64,000 nucleotides of DNA. Origin: Candidatus Heimdallarchaeum aukensis (GTDB lineage Archaea; Asgardarchaeota; Heimdallarchaeia; Heimdallarchaeales; Heimdallarchaeaceae). The position numbers and the translations under genes are program-made. Position 1 is the stretch's first letter; each line of letters starts with the position of its first letter. The DNA lies in assembly GCA_021513695.1 (NCBI GenBank), contig CP084166.1:192001-256000 (forward strand). Reading direction: 5' to 3'. Under the pieces are notes generated by a model. The model ran no database searches, was not told the origin of the DNA, and worked only from the letters and a program-made list of their open reading frames with translations. Below, piece by piece: positions 17,635 to 27,182 of this stretch.

Positions 17635-20444
17635 GTATTTCAGGTAAAATTATTGCAATGATTAATTATATTCAACTTGCATTTAAGTCTATTATCTCAT
17701 ATAAGAGAAGATCTCTATCGATTGTTGCTGGGTTAATTCTAGGAGCAGCAATCTTCTCGAGTATTTTCTTTTATGGTTCTATTGTAAAAACAATAGCTGT
17801 AATGGATATAGTAAATAACATTGAAGCTGAAGTTATCTTTTATCCAAATGATTTAGGATTTAATAACCCATGGGAGCTTTCTAATGAGATAGCAAATGAA
17901 CCAGAAGCGAAAGAGGCAACGATTATTTACACAAAAAGTTATGGTTATATAAGTGGAGAAGATTTTTTTGAGTTTAGTTTTGAACTTACAGAAAATGTAA
18001 GTGATACGAAATATCAACCTGAATATCTGAATCCAATTGTTATCGATGAAGAGGATGTAAATAATGAGTTCGTTAATTCAATAGATTTAGTTGATGGAAA
18101 TCTATCTCTTAACGAGGGCGAATGTATAGTATCTGAAACTTTGTCTCTAATATATGGTTTGGAGATTGGTGATAATTTACCTGTAAATATAACAGCATCC
18201 ACTCTTGTATTTGATGATCTTACTCGAAACTTTACTGTTACTGAATCAGTAAATCTTGTAACTAATCTTACAATTTCAGGATTCTTTAACATTGAACGAG
18301 TAAGAACAGGAATAAGTTTCTTCAGTTCTGAAGATGTTATTTTTTCTTCTTCTAATCTAATAGATGAAATGATTGATTCACTTGTAAAACATGGGTATTA
18401 CATAATTGGAGTGAAATTAGATTATAGTAACTTATCAGTCGACGATATAAATAAAATGAGTGAAGAAATTGACATTTTCATTGATAGAATAATTAGAAGG
18501 CATCCAAATCAACTAGAAGGAATTAACCTTGTTGGTTTAGTGTTGCAAGCAAACTCAATATTAACTTTGATAATGCAAATAATAGATTTTGTTCTTTATA
18601 TTCCTGCGTTAATACTTTCTATAATTTTAATTAACTTTGGTGCTGATCTTGCATTACAAGAAAGGAAATACGAGGTAGGAGTACTAAAAGCTCAAGGAGC
18701 AAGTCCAAAGCAAATAAAAAGGATGATTTTTACAGAAATCATTATTATTGGAATTATAGGTGAAACTATAGGCATCAGTCTTGGAACAATTGGAGCAGCA
18801 GTCGTGGTATCTTCTTATAGCTTTATGAATGTGAATATATCACAGTTCAGTGAAGCTTTTACTTTTTTAAGTATTAAAGCTGGAGGAATTATCACTACAA
18901 TAATTGTTACACTAGGCATTTTACTAATTACAACTAACAAGAAAACAAAAACATTCTTAAAACAAGAAATAGCAGTAGTGAAAACAATAGATAAACCAAA
19001 GATTGGTTTCTTTAAACGTATTTATGCAGATGTCTTCGCTTTTTCATTTGGAATGATAGGCGTATTTCTATCATTTTTAAGAGAAATAAATGAAAATGTT
19101 AAATTCCAAGGTTGGGCAATCTTTCTCCAGATTACTTCACCTATTTTACTATGGTACGCTTCAGGATTGGTTGCTTCTAGAATCGCTCCTAAGATCCCAC
19201 AAGTTTTGGATAAGTATATAGTTAGAGTATTTAAAAGGATTGGACTCTTAATAAAAGGAAGTTTAAGTAGAAGACACCAATATTTCCCAAGAATAACTTT
19301 GCTTCTCTGCTTATCAGTTTCTCTTTCAGTTTTTACTGCCATTCAAGGAGCGACAGGGAACGAATTTCTTATCCAACAAGTAGAGACCAATGTAGGCGGA
19401 GATATGAGAATAGAATTAGTTGGTAATATCAACTCTCTTAGTATATCAAACTTCACAGGATTTGAAGACAAAATAGAGAGTGTAGTCCCTATATATTATA
19501 AATCTGCAGAACTGTTTTGGGGAGGTAAGATATTTATCTTTGGAGTAGACATTGAATTATACTCCGAAGAATGCTTCTGGCATAAAAATGCGATAGAAGA
19601 TTATAAAAATCCAAAAGATGGGTTAGATGTTCTACTTGCAGATCCTCTTAATAACATGGCTGTAGACAAGATGACTGCCAACTATCTTGAAATTGATACA
19701 AATTCCACTATCTCATTAACTGAAGTCAACAAAACAATTACTGCAGAAGCTAAAATTGTTTATGATCATGCTCCAGCATTGTTGGATGTAGAAAATGAAT
19801 GGGGTTTCCATGCTTTGGTCGATAAAAGATTCCTAATTGCTCATTTTCCAGATACGACAAAGATTGTAAGAGCAGTCATAAACTTTAAACTAGGAGTAAA
19901 TGTGGAAAAAGAAAGGTTAGCTTTTGAATTCAAGAAGAATTTTGAGTGGATAAGCGATATTTATACTTATGATGAGGTGCTAGAAGATTTACAAAAAGCT
20001 GAAGGACGAAGCTTTGGAATACCAGGACTTCTTTCGATTAACTATATCGTTGCTATTACTATTTCAATCATCGGAGTATTTATCTTTATGATGTTAATAA
20101 TTAATAAACGAAGAAAAGAATTTGCGATTTTAATTGCTGAAGGTGCTTCGAAAAAGCAACTAATTCTACTAGTAATAAGTGAAATACTTTCTATTGCTAT
20201 ATTTGCGACATTATTTGGTTCAATCATAGGTTATTTATTTGCTTATCAATTCAATATCTTCATCTCGTTCTTTGATTCGGTATTAGGCTTTTCTCAAGTA
20301 ACCTTTAAACGGAATTTATACATACCAATAGTGTCATTATCAATTACAATAGTAATATCTTTTGTGTCGATAATAATAGCTACGTTAATACCTGCAATTA
20401 GCGCATCAGAAGTAAACGTAGTCGAAGAAATGAGAGTAGTTTAG
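17631..20444 (+). CDS. ABC transporter permease with two FtsX-type domains and large extracytoplasmic domains
   Basis: 937 aa. Two modules, each ending in the FtsX-like pattern (ERKYEVGVLKAQGASPKQI...; RRKEFAILIAEGASKKQL...) followed by TM helices. Confidence 0.8.
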   Translation: MSISGKIIAMINYIQLAFKSIISYKRRSLSIVAGLILGAAIFSSIFFYGSIVKTIAVMDIVNNIEAEVIFYPNDLGFNNPWELSNEIANEPEAKEATIIYTKSYGYISGEDFFEFSFELTENVSDTKYQPEYLNPIVIDEEDVNNEFVNSIDLVDGNLSLNEGECIVSETLSLIYGLEIGDNLPVNITASTLVFDDLTRNFTVTESVNLVTNLTISGFFNIERVRTGISFFSSEDVIFSSSNLIDEMIDSLVKHGYYIIGVKLDYSNLSVDDINKMSEEIDIFIDRIIRRHPNQLEGINLVGLVLQANSILTLIMQIIDFVLYIPALILSIILINFGADLALQERKYEVGVLKAQGASPKQIKRMIFTEIIIIGIIGETIGISLGTIGAAVVVSSYSFMNVNISQFSEAFTFLSIKAGGIITTIIVTLGILLITTNKKTKTFLKQEIAVVKTIDKPKIGFFKRIYADVFAFSFGMIGVFLSFLREINENVKFQGWAIFLQITSPILLWYASGLVASRIAPKIPQVLDKYIVRVFKRIGLLIKGSLSRRHQYFPRITLLLCLSVSLSVFTAIQGATGNEFLIQQVETNVGGDMRIELVGNINSLSISNFTGFEDKIESVVPIYYKSAELFWGGKIFIFGVDIELYSEECFWHKNAIEDYKNPKDGLDVLLADPLNNMAVDKMTANYLEIDTNSTISLTEVNKTITAEAKIVYDHAPALLDVENEWGFHALVDKRFLIAHFPDTTKIVRAVINFKLGVNVEKERLAFEFKKNFEWISDIYTYDEVLEDLQKAEGRSFGIPGLLSINYIVAITISIIGVFIFMMLIINKRRKEFAILIAEGASKKQLILLVISEILSIAIFATLFGSIIGYLFAYQFNIFISFFDSVLGFSQVTFKRNLYIPIVSLSITIVISFVSIIIATLIPAISASEVNVVEEMRVV

Positions 20445-20455
20445 GTGATAAAAAA

Positions 20456-21457
20456 ATGTATACAGGAATAATGAAAAAAGCAGAACTCCCGGAAGATTTA
20501 GCTTTGCAGTGTTTAGACCTTTATCATGTATATGGGACTGAACTAGAAAATAAAGTAGTAGCTCTTAGAGGGGTAAGTTTTGATATTAAAAAAGGAGAAA
20601 TACTTTCAATAATTGGCCCATCTGGAGCAGGAAAATCAACATTGCTTTTGAGTTTAGGTGGAATGTTAAAACCTTCAGCAGGTCAGATAATATTCAGTGA
20701 TGGAACAGATATTACTAAATTACCGGAGAAGTTCCTTTTTGAGTTTAGAAGAAAGAAGGTAGGGTATGTTTTCCAAGAACAGAACCTATTACCTCATTTA
20801 AGTGCAGAAAAGAACATAGAAATGCCCATGAAACTTTTAAATACTCCTTACTTAGAAATGAAAAGAAAATCAAAAGAACTTATGCAAAGATTAGGAATTT
20901 TCCATAGAAGACATCATATTCCCACTAAACTATCAGGTGGAGAAAGGCAAAGAGTAGCTATAGCAAGAGCTTTAGCAAATAATCCTGAAATAATACTCGC
21001 AGATGAACCTACAGGAGCTGTAGATGCTGAAACATCAGTACAAATTTTGGAGTTATTTACAGAACTTTCTGATGAATTTGGAACAAGTTATCTTATATGC
21101 TCTCATGACCCTATTGTTGCAGATTTCTCCAATCGTTCTTTGGAAATTCGAGATGGAATAATCATAGGAGAACATGGAATGGGTTTTGACCTCGAGAATC
21201 TTGATCAAACTCGATTGCTTGTTCCAGATAATCAAGGTAGATTGAGTATTCCAGAAGAAGCTATGCGACAATTAGGAGGAGCTTTTCTTTTCTCTTGGGA
21301 GGTTACAGAACAAGGTCTTTTGTTGAAACCTATCAAATCTCCAGAAAAAAGAGAAGGGCCAAAAATAAAGTTTTGCCCAAGTTGTGGGCTGGAAATACCA
21401 CCTAATACCTATTCTTGTCCTCGCTGTGGAACTAAACTAACAAGAGTAATTCATTAA
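20456..21457 (+). CDS. Second ABC ATPase with C-terminal AbrB/SpoVT-like segment and Zn ribbon
   Basis: GPSGAGKST, LSGGERQRVAIARAL, ILADEPTGAVD, CSHD. The tail (about 21212..21454) has GRLSIPEEAMRQLGGAFLFSWEVTEQGLLLKP (AbrB-like swapped-hairpin pattern), then CPSCG-x10-CPRCG. Confidence 0.85.
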   Translation: MYTGIMKKAELPEDLALQCLDLYHVYGTELENKVVALRGVSFDIKKGEILSIIGPSGAGKSTLLLSLGGMLKPSAGQIIFSDGTDITKLPEKFLFEFRRKKVGYVFQEQNLLPHLSAEKNIEMPMKLLNTPYLEMKRKSKELMQRLGIFHRRHHIPTKLSGGERQRVAIARALANNPEIILADEPTGAVDAETSVQILELFTELSDEFGTSYLICSHDPIVADFSNRSLEIRDGIIIGEHGMGFDLENLDQTRLLVPDNQGRLSIPEEAMRQLGGAFLFSWEVTEQGLLLKPIKSPEKREGPKIKFCPSCGLEIPPNTYSCPRCGTKLTRVIH

Positions 21458-21531
21458 TTTCTTTTATCTTTTTTAAACTAGTTTTTTAATTAGTAATATT
21501 TTTAACTAATGAATGTTCTATAAGGCTGAAA

Positions 21532-23337
21532 ATGGTTAAACAAGAAATCATTCCTCCAGAAGATAAAATTGACTCATGGGTTTATCGCCGAAAAATAGGT
21601 GAATATTCCAGTTTAAAAGAATTAGCAAGAAGAATTACTCAAGAAGAAAATATTCCTTTATTAGACTTAACACTTTTTCCAGATGTTTCTTATAATGAGA
21701 TAGAAGGAAAGCCAATAAGCGAAAAAAGCATACCTTATTTGTTAAACAAAGTTATGATTCAGAAGCCTACTGATAATCCAAATGATCATTTATTTGTTCT
21801 AGCTATGGATTATGGATATTTAGGAAAGAATATTACAAAAAAAATAGTTTCCATAAATAAAAAATATCCTTCACAAAGTAAACCTAAAGGAAAAGTAATT
21901 TTTTCTCTTTACAACGAAAATAAAATAAAAATTGCAGAAGTACCTTTTTTGCACTCTTCAAGTTTTCAAGGTCATCCTGTCTCTTCAGCTCCTCAAATAT
22001 TCTTGTGTTTCCTACCAAATTTAGAGGAGAATCAGAAATTTTATTATCAGATAATAGGTTATTCTAATGGAAATACAATAATTTGTGGATCTAAATTATT
22101 ATCGTTTAAGAATTATAGAAATAGCTCTTCTGAACCTTTTTTCTTTGTTGCAGCTTCAGATTTACATGCAGGCGCAGGAGCAAGATTCAAAAGAGGAAGA
22201 GTATGGGGGCTCTTTCCTCGAAATAATAAACATTTAATGAAGTTAATGAATAACATCGCAGAAAATGAAAGTACATACAGTTTTGATCATGGATATAATG
22301 CTTTTATGACTTCAGGAGATAATATAGATAATGGTTCTTATCACGAATATTGGGAAGATTTTTTAGACTGTAGTTCAATAGTATTATCTAAAATTCCTAT
22401 TTATCCTACAATAGGGAATCATGATTATTTGTTTGGAGGAATTTTTAGAGGAACATATCTCTCTTCTTGGAAAAAAACCCAAAAAAGTTTTCACGCTCTT
22501 TTCCATGTTCCACGAACTAGTCCTAAAGGTGCATTCTACGCTCATTCAAATGGAAACGTGAAATTCATCCACCTAGACTCAATGGGGTTGAATTGGGGAA
22601 ATGAGTCAATATATTGTGGAAGTAGACAATATGAATGGGTAAAATATCAGCTTAAAGAATGGAGGAGAAATCAGAAAAAGAATGAAGAAGAACCCGATTT
22701 CTGTGTAGTTTTTCTACATTCTGCTATTCTCACAATAGGTTTCTTTGGAAGAACGCAAGGAAAATCATCTGATGCTCTAGCAAATAAAAGCTTAATACCC
22801 TTGTTCAACACCTACGACGTTAATCTAGCAGTTTTTGGACATGATCATATGTACCAAAGATCAGAAGTAGACAAAACTTCATATTGCTGTATAGGATTGT
22901 CAGGGAAGACTCCCATAAATTATTTTGATTTCTTAAGGAATGTAGTAGGATATAAAATTCACAGAGATGAAGAAGGAGAAATAGCAAGGGGTTATGCAGT
23001 AATTTATGTGCCACCAAAAGTAAAAAATCAAACTGAAGAACAAAAAAGAGAGTTTGACAATTTTCTAGAGAGTGTTAGAAAAAAAGCAATGGAAAATATA
23101 GAACTTTATTATTACTTTAGTAAAAAAGAAAAAAGAAAAAACAAAGAACTATTTACTGATAAAGATAAATTAAGTGAGTTTGTTAAGAATAAAATAATAG
23201 CTAAACTAAAAGATCATCTGTGGTGGAGATTCTATAACTTAAAAGGAGAACTAGTGGATAGCTGCTTTATTCAAAAAACAACTGGAAATTATGATGACAT
23301 TGAAAAAATACAATGTCCGGGAGAGCACATAAGATAG
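21532..23337 (+). CDS. Calcineurin-like metallophosphoesterase (purple-acid-phosphatase-like) with N-terminal extension
   Basis: ASDLHAG (DxH), SGDNIDNG (GDxxDxG), GNHDY, FLHSA and FGHDHMYQR (GHxH), in the canonical order. Confidence 0.75.
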   Translation: MVKQEIIPPEDKIDSWVYRRKIGEYSSLKELARRITQEENIPLLDLTLFPDVSYNEIEGKPISEKSIPYLLNKVMIQKPTDNPNDHLFVLAMDYGYLGKNITKKIVSINKKYPSQSKPKGKVIFSLYNENKIKIAEVPFLHSSSFQGHPVSSAPQIFLCFLPNLEENQKFYYQIIGYSNGNTIICGSKLLSFKNYRNSSSEPFFFVAASDLHAGAGARFKRGRVWGLFPRNNKHLMKLMNNIAENESTYSFDHGYNAFMTSGDNIDNGSYHEYWEDFLDCSSIVLSKIPIYPTIGNHDYLFGGIFRGTYLSSWKKTQKSFHALFHVPRTSPKGAFYAHSNGNVKFIHLDSMGLNWGNESIYCGSRQYEWVKYQLKEWRRNQKKNEEEPDFCVVFLHSAILTIGFFGRTQGKSSDALANKSLIPLFNTYDVNLAVFGHDHMYQRSEVDKTSYCCIGLSGKTPINYFDFLRNVVGYKIHRDEEGEIARGYAVIYVPPKVKNQTEEQKREFDNFLESVRKKAMENIELYYYFSKKEKRKNKELFTDKDKLSEFVKNKIIAKLKDHLWWRFYNLKGELVDSCFIQKTTGNYDDIEKIQCPGEHIR

Positions 23338-23393
23338 CATTAAGTCTTCTATAAAAAAAGAAAAAAGGAAAAAAGAAAAAGGTTGCTTAGAAA

Positions 23394-24818
23394 TTATTTA
23401 GCAGGTTTTAGTGAAGCACCACATTTTATGCAAAATGAACTGTCTCCTGGGTTCTTAGCCTCACAGAAAGGACAGATAATTTCTTTATCTTTTGCTGGAG
23501 AACTTACAGAAAGAATCTCGTCAAACTCTGATGAACTTTTATTAACCGATAGAGGTTGATGGGTTGGAAAAGTCGCTTTTCTCGTAGAATATTCATGTTT
23601 AACCTTTTTAGCTTGTTCTGATTTTTGTATTCCAGGAATGAAAACAATGTCATTTTTCACATCATAAGCTATATTTGCAAGTCCTAAATTAATTATCTTC
23701 CAGATGTCTTGATGCACAACTTTGTATGGGGAGTTAAGTATTTTTGTTAGATCTCGAATATATATTGCTCCGTAACCTTGAACTATCTGGATAAGTTTTT
23801 CTCTCCTGTTCCTTGAATTATACATTACAATTGCAGTAATGATAGCTAGTATAATTGGCATTGCAAAAATGTTCCAAAAAGTAGCTGTAAAGCAACCAAT
23901 CAAGAAGAAGAATACTGACAGTAATATAAGAACTCTTTCGGTAATATCTGTTTGGTCATATTGATAATGTAATTTATTTATGAATTTGTTTTTGCTAACG
24001 TAAGTTTTTGGTGATTTAGCAACAATAAAGTTCTCAGAGATATTTGCTAATGCAGGTATGTACCTTGTTTTTCTATCAACTGCTTCAGTTATAGTAGATG
24101 GAGTTACTCTTGCTGAAGGCTTTGTTTTGTCGTTTGAACTAGATATATCTTTTTCTGCTCTAGAAACTGGTGCGCTAGAGGGTTTACTAGTCTCTTTTTC
24201 ACTGTGTTTACTGGGCCTTGAATAATAGTAACTTTCTCGTCTAGCACTTCTATCATAGCCCTTTCGTTCATCATATTTCGAAGCTCCTCCTGTAATTGGT
24301 ACTATAAATATATTCTTGATTAGGTATCCAATTGTGTGTAGAAACAACAATAACAAGAAGAAACCATCTATTACCCCGAAAATGAATGCTGAAATAACAA
24401 AAGCTCTTGGTATACTTACCATAATATAATATATAGAAATTGTAAAGTCATTTTCATTGACTAAGTATATTGCAGCATCATTATTATCATTTCCGAATAT
24501 TATTTCGCTATGTTTCTTATTTTTTACAGCATCATATTGATCAATATTTGAATATATGTCTTCAATATAATTCTCTATATGATATGTTGTTACTTTTACA
24601 TCTTCACCTGCATTTACATAATATTGAATGAAGTGGTAATATGAACTGTCTAATTCTAGAATTGTGTAATTGCCAGGATCAAGTGTAATTGTAGTCTCAT
24701 TATAATTTGTGTTTAATCCTCCAATCGTTACTACAATTCCAAGAGGTATTGTAGCGATTGCAATGAATACGATGGATGTTACTGCTAATCCGTTCAAATA
24801 TTTTGCGTGATTACCCAT
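23394..24818 (-). CDS. Membrane protein with disordered Ser/Lys-rich linker, wHTH-like segment and C-terminal Zn ribbon
   Basis: 474 aa. TM segments (VTSIVFIAIATIPLGIVVTIGGL; AFVISAFIFGVIDGFFLLLLFLH; VLILLSVFFFLIGCFTATFW/AMPIILAIITAIVMY). YGAIYIRDLTKILNSPYKVVHQDIWKIINLGLANIAY looks winged-helix-like. The C-terminus is CPFC-x11-CIKCG. Confidence 0.6.
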   Translation of the reverse strand: MGNHAKYLNGLAVTSIVFIAIATIPLGIVVTIGGLNTNYNETTITLDPGNYTILELDSSYYHFIQYYVNAGEDVKVTTYHIENYIEDIYSNIDQYDAVKNKKHSEIIFGNDNNDAAIYLVNENDFTISIYYIMVSIPRAFVISAFIFGVIDGFFLLLLFLHTIGYLIKNIFIVPITGGASKYDERKGYDRSARRESYYYSRPSKHSEKETSKPSSAPVSRAEKDISSSNDKTKPSARVTPSTITEAVDRKTRYIPALANISENFIVAKSPKTYVSKNKFINKLHYQYDQTDITERVLILLSVFFFLIGCFTATFWNIFAMPIILAIITAIVMYNSRNRREKLIQIVQGYGAIYIRDLTKILNSPYKVVHQDIWKIINLGLANIAYDVKNDIVFIPGIQKSEQAKKVKHEYSTRKATFPTHQPLSVNKSSSEFDEILSVSSPAKDKEIICPFCEAKNPGDSSFCIKCGASLKPAK

Positions 24819-24839
24819 TTTTCATCACTTTCTACTTTT

Positions 24840-24855
24840 TACTACTGTGGTAGTA
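24840..24855. promoter_or_regulatory. Palindrome TACTAC-N4-GTAGTA (site 1) in the divergent promoter region
   Basis: tactac tgtg gtagta read directly. It lies between the self-complementary TATA element (24867..24874) and the start of the minus-strand gene at 24818. Confidence 0.45.
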
Positions 24856-24866
24856 GTTTCTACCTA

Positions 24867-24874
24867 TTTATAAA
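24867..24874. promoter_or_regulatory. TATA-like TTTATAAA (self-complementary), candidate promoter for the minus-strand gene 23394..24818
   Basis: The sequence is its own reverse complement and sits 49 nt upstream of ATG 24818. Confidence 0.35.
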
Positions 24875-24897
24875 TGTATCTATTTATTTCTAAATTT

Positions 24898-24915
24898 TTA
24901 CTACTCAAGTAGTAA
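24898..24915. promoter_or_regulatory. Palindrome TTACTAC-N4-GTAGTAA (site 2) abutting the TrmB-family gene promoter
   Basis: ttactac tcaa gtagtaa, perfect 7-bp arms. It ends 2 nt before the TATA-like TTTATATA at 24918..24925 (BRE position). Confidence 0.5.
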
Positions 24916-24917
24916 TA

Positions 24918-24925
24918 TTTATATA
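24918..24925 (+). promoter_or_regulatory. TATA-like box (TTTATATA) for the TrmB-family regulator
   Basis: Ends 25 nt before GTG 24951, consistent with a leaderless transcript. Confidence 0.45.
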
Positions 24926-24950
24926 CAATCAAGTGTGAAAAAACATGTAA

Positions 24951-25895
24951 GTGAGAAAATTGTCAAAGAGAGAGCAGTTGGAAAAGAATATAAGAAGATT
25001 ACAACAACTGGGATTTTCACAATACAGTGCTAAAGCTTACTTAGCTTTGGTTAGATTAGGAAAAGGAACTGCCTCTGAAATTGCTAAGAAGGCAGAGATT
25101 CCTCAAGCAAAAATATATGGTGTACTAGATGATTTATATGAGCGAGGATTTATAAGCAAAATAGAAGATGTTACCCCTGCATCGTTCATAGTAGAAAAAC
25201 CAAAAGAGCAATTCTTAAAGTTCTTAGAGAATTTTACAGAGCTAGCAGACTACCTGAATGAGATATACAACAGCGCTGGAGCAGAAAGTAAGTATGGTTT
25301 TGTGACTAAAGGTAACTTTACAGGAAAGCTACAAGCAACAGACTTTTTTTATATTTTTGATATGAGCGATAATTTATTCAAAAAATTCTTTGAGAGAAAA
25401 ATTCACAATTATTTCAAAGTTGGAGGGCCTTCAAACTCATTGATTGCAATTGGAGAAAAATACACAATTCTGCTAATTGAAAAAGATCATGGAATACAAT
25501 ATATTAAAATTGAAGATCAGATTTTTTCAAGGATGATAGATACATTATTAGCTTTATCGCCGTCTAATAGGCATATTACAGAAGAGATGTACGAAATAAG
25601 TATGGGAGAACCTATCTTATACATTGATTCAGTTTTAACTTCTTCAGGATATGTTTTTGGTCAATATGGCACAATATGGCTCTCTCCTGAAAGATTTTTT
25701 ATAAAAATTCCTGGAAAGGATGTTTACGCTCGTCCTCTCTCTTCTCTAGCAAGCTATGTTCTTACTGAAGATGACTCAATAGAACTTAATGTAGCAAGAT
25801 TAGATGGTGAGAGGGAGTTAAGTGAGATATTTACATTATCAGATCCTACAATTATTTTGAATTTGATAGATTTCATAAAAAATAAAAGAAAATAG
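24951..25895 (+). CDS. TrmB-family transcriptional regulator
   Basis: N-terminal LQQLGFSQYSAKAYLALVRLGKGTASEIAKKAEIPQAKIYGVLDDLYERGFISK is the TrmB wHTH pattern. GTG start; the 314-aa length allows a C-terminal effector domain. Confidence 0.8.
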   Translation: MRKLSKREQLEKNIRRLQQLGFSQYSAKAYLALVRLGKGTASEIAKKAEIPQAKIYGVLDDLYERGFISKIEDVTPASFIVEKPKEQFLKFLENFTELADYLNEIYNSAGAESKYGFVTKGNFTGKLQATDFFYIFDMSDNLFKKFFERKIHNYFKVGGPSNSLIAIGEKYTILLIEKDHGIQYIKIEDQIFSRMIDTLLALSPSNRHITEEMYEISMGEPILYIDSVLTSSGYVFGQYGTIWLSPERFFIKIPGKDVYARPLSSLASYVLTEDDSIELNVARLDGERELSEIFTLSDPTIILNLIDFIKNKRK

Positions 25896-25930
25896 TTAAA
25901 TTTCGTATTCGAAGCTACTTTATAAAAAAA

Positions 25931-26926
25931 TCACTTTTTTCTTTTTTCTTTATTATTATTAATGTAGTCCCGTTCTGAATCTTTAATCATATCTTCTAAT
26001 GACATCATTGGCTTATATCCAATTTTCATTATCTTTTCATTTGAAAGTGTCCAACATTTACCTATCATCTGTGCATATTCACGATTAAATAGTGGTTCTC
26101 TATGTGGTTTGATTATTCGAGACATAAACTCAAAAATCATTGCACCAAACAACAATAAAGGATATGGTAACATGAATTTAAATCGCTGTTTATTAAAAGC
26201 AATTAATTCTATCTTTTTTATAAGTTCTTCAAATTCAGCGTCATAGCTTGAAACATTATATACTTCTATTTTGTTATTACTATGTTCTGTAATTGTAAGG
26301 ATAGCTCTAGCGACATCATAGGCATGAATAGTACCGATTTTGTGATTTCTTTTCCCCATAATAGGAAAAAGATTTCTTTTTATTAGCTTTCTTGCAAAAA
26401 CATAAAAATGTCTGCTTCCTTTGCCAAGAACCAAAGGTATTCTGATAATAGCTCCTTTAATACCTGCTTCCTCACATAATTGTTGAACATATTTTTCTGC
26501 CTTTACTTTCGATTTAGCATAATAACCAATAGGATTAAGGGGACTGTCTTCTGTAATTGGACATTCTTTAAAAATCCCATAAACTGCCGCACTACTGGAA
26601 AAGAAAAACCTCTTTACTTGATTCCTTTTGGCAGCTTCAATCAGATTAATAGTCCCTTGAACATTTACTTTTTCATAAAGATCTTTGTGTTCATTGTTTA
26701 CAGCGGCAGCAAAATGGTAAATGTCTGTGATTCCCGTCTTTTTAATTAAGACATCTAAACTTTCATAATCTGTTAAATCACATATTAGATATGTAACTCC
26801 TTTGATCAAGTTTTCTATTGGTCTTCTGACTAACCCAAATAACTCGTAGTCTGTATTTTTACTAAGATATTCTAACACTCCTTGGCCTATACATCCGGAA
26901 GCTCCAGTAACTAATACCTTTATCAT
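25931..26926 (-). CDS. NAD-dependent epimerase/dehydratase (extended SDR, 3-beta-HSD-like)
   Basis: VLVTGASGCIGQGV (Rossmann), FFSSSAAVYG, YAKSKVKAE (YxxxK), and a hydrophobic segment MLPYPLLLFGAMIFEFM near the C-terminus. Confidence 0.8.
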   Translation of the reverse strand: MIKVLVTGASGCIGQGVLEYLSKNTDYELFGLVRRPIENLIKGVTYLICDLTDYESLDVLIKKTGITDIYHFAAAVNNEHKDLYEKVNVQGTINLIEAAKRNQVKRFFFSSSAAVYGIFKECPITEDSPLNPIGYYAKSKVKAEKYVQQLCEEAGIKGAIIRIPLVLGKGSRHFYVFARKLIKRNLFPIMGKRNHKIGTIHAYDVARAILTITEHSNNKIEVYNVSSYDAEFEELIKKIELIAFNKQRFKFMLPYPLLLFGAMIFEFMSRIIKPHREPLFNREYAQMIGKCWTLSNEKIMKIGYKPMMSLEDMIKDSERDYINNNKEKRKK

Positions 26927-27152
26927 TCAGTCCTTTCTTTTTTCACCTATTTTTATAACTATTGCTAGTGGAAAATTAACTTTTTTTATATCGCTTTTAA
27001 TTATACTTAAGTAAGGATTCTAAATACTTCCAAAAAACTTCTTTTTCAATTACATTTAGTTAAAATTTTTCATACAAATTTTCATTTCAAATTTAATGGA
27101 ATTCAAAACTAGATGTGTAAAAAACTCGCACTACAAAAGGTAAGGCGAAAGT

Positions 27153-27160
27153 TTTTATAT
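27153..27160 (+). promoter_or_regulatory. TATA-like box (TTTTATAT) with purine-rich upstream BRE-like GGCGAAAG for the hydrogenase operon
   Basis: Ends 22 nt before ATG 27183 (MKTYKL...). This argues that 27183, not the track start 27159, is the real leaderless start. Confidence 0.4.
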
Positions 27161-27182
27161 GTGTTGTGTCTCACACATTAAA

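Noticed and set aside
27159-27182. Track start MCCVSHIK for the first hydrogenase gene, and the partial palindrome atgtgt...acacat there
   Set aside because: The TATA-like box at 27153..27160 would sit on this start. ATG 27183 fits a leaderless transcript. The palindrome arms are only 6 bp with an asymmetric centre.
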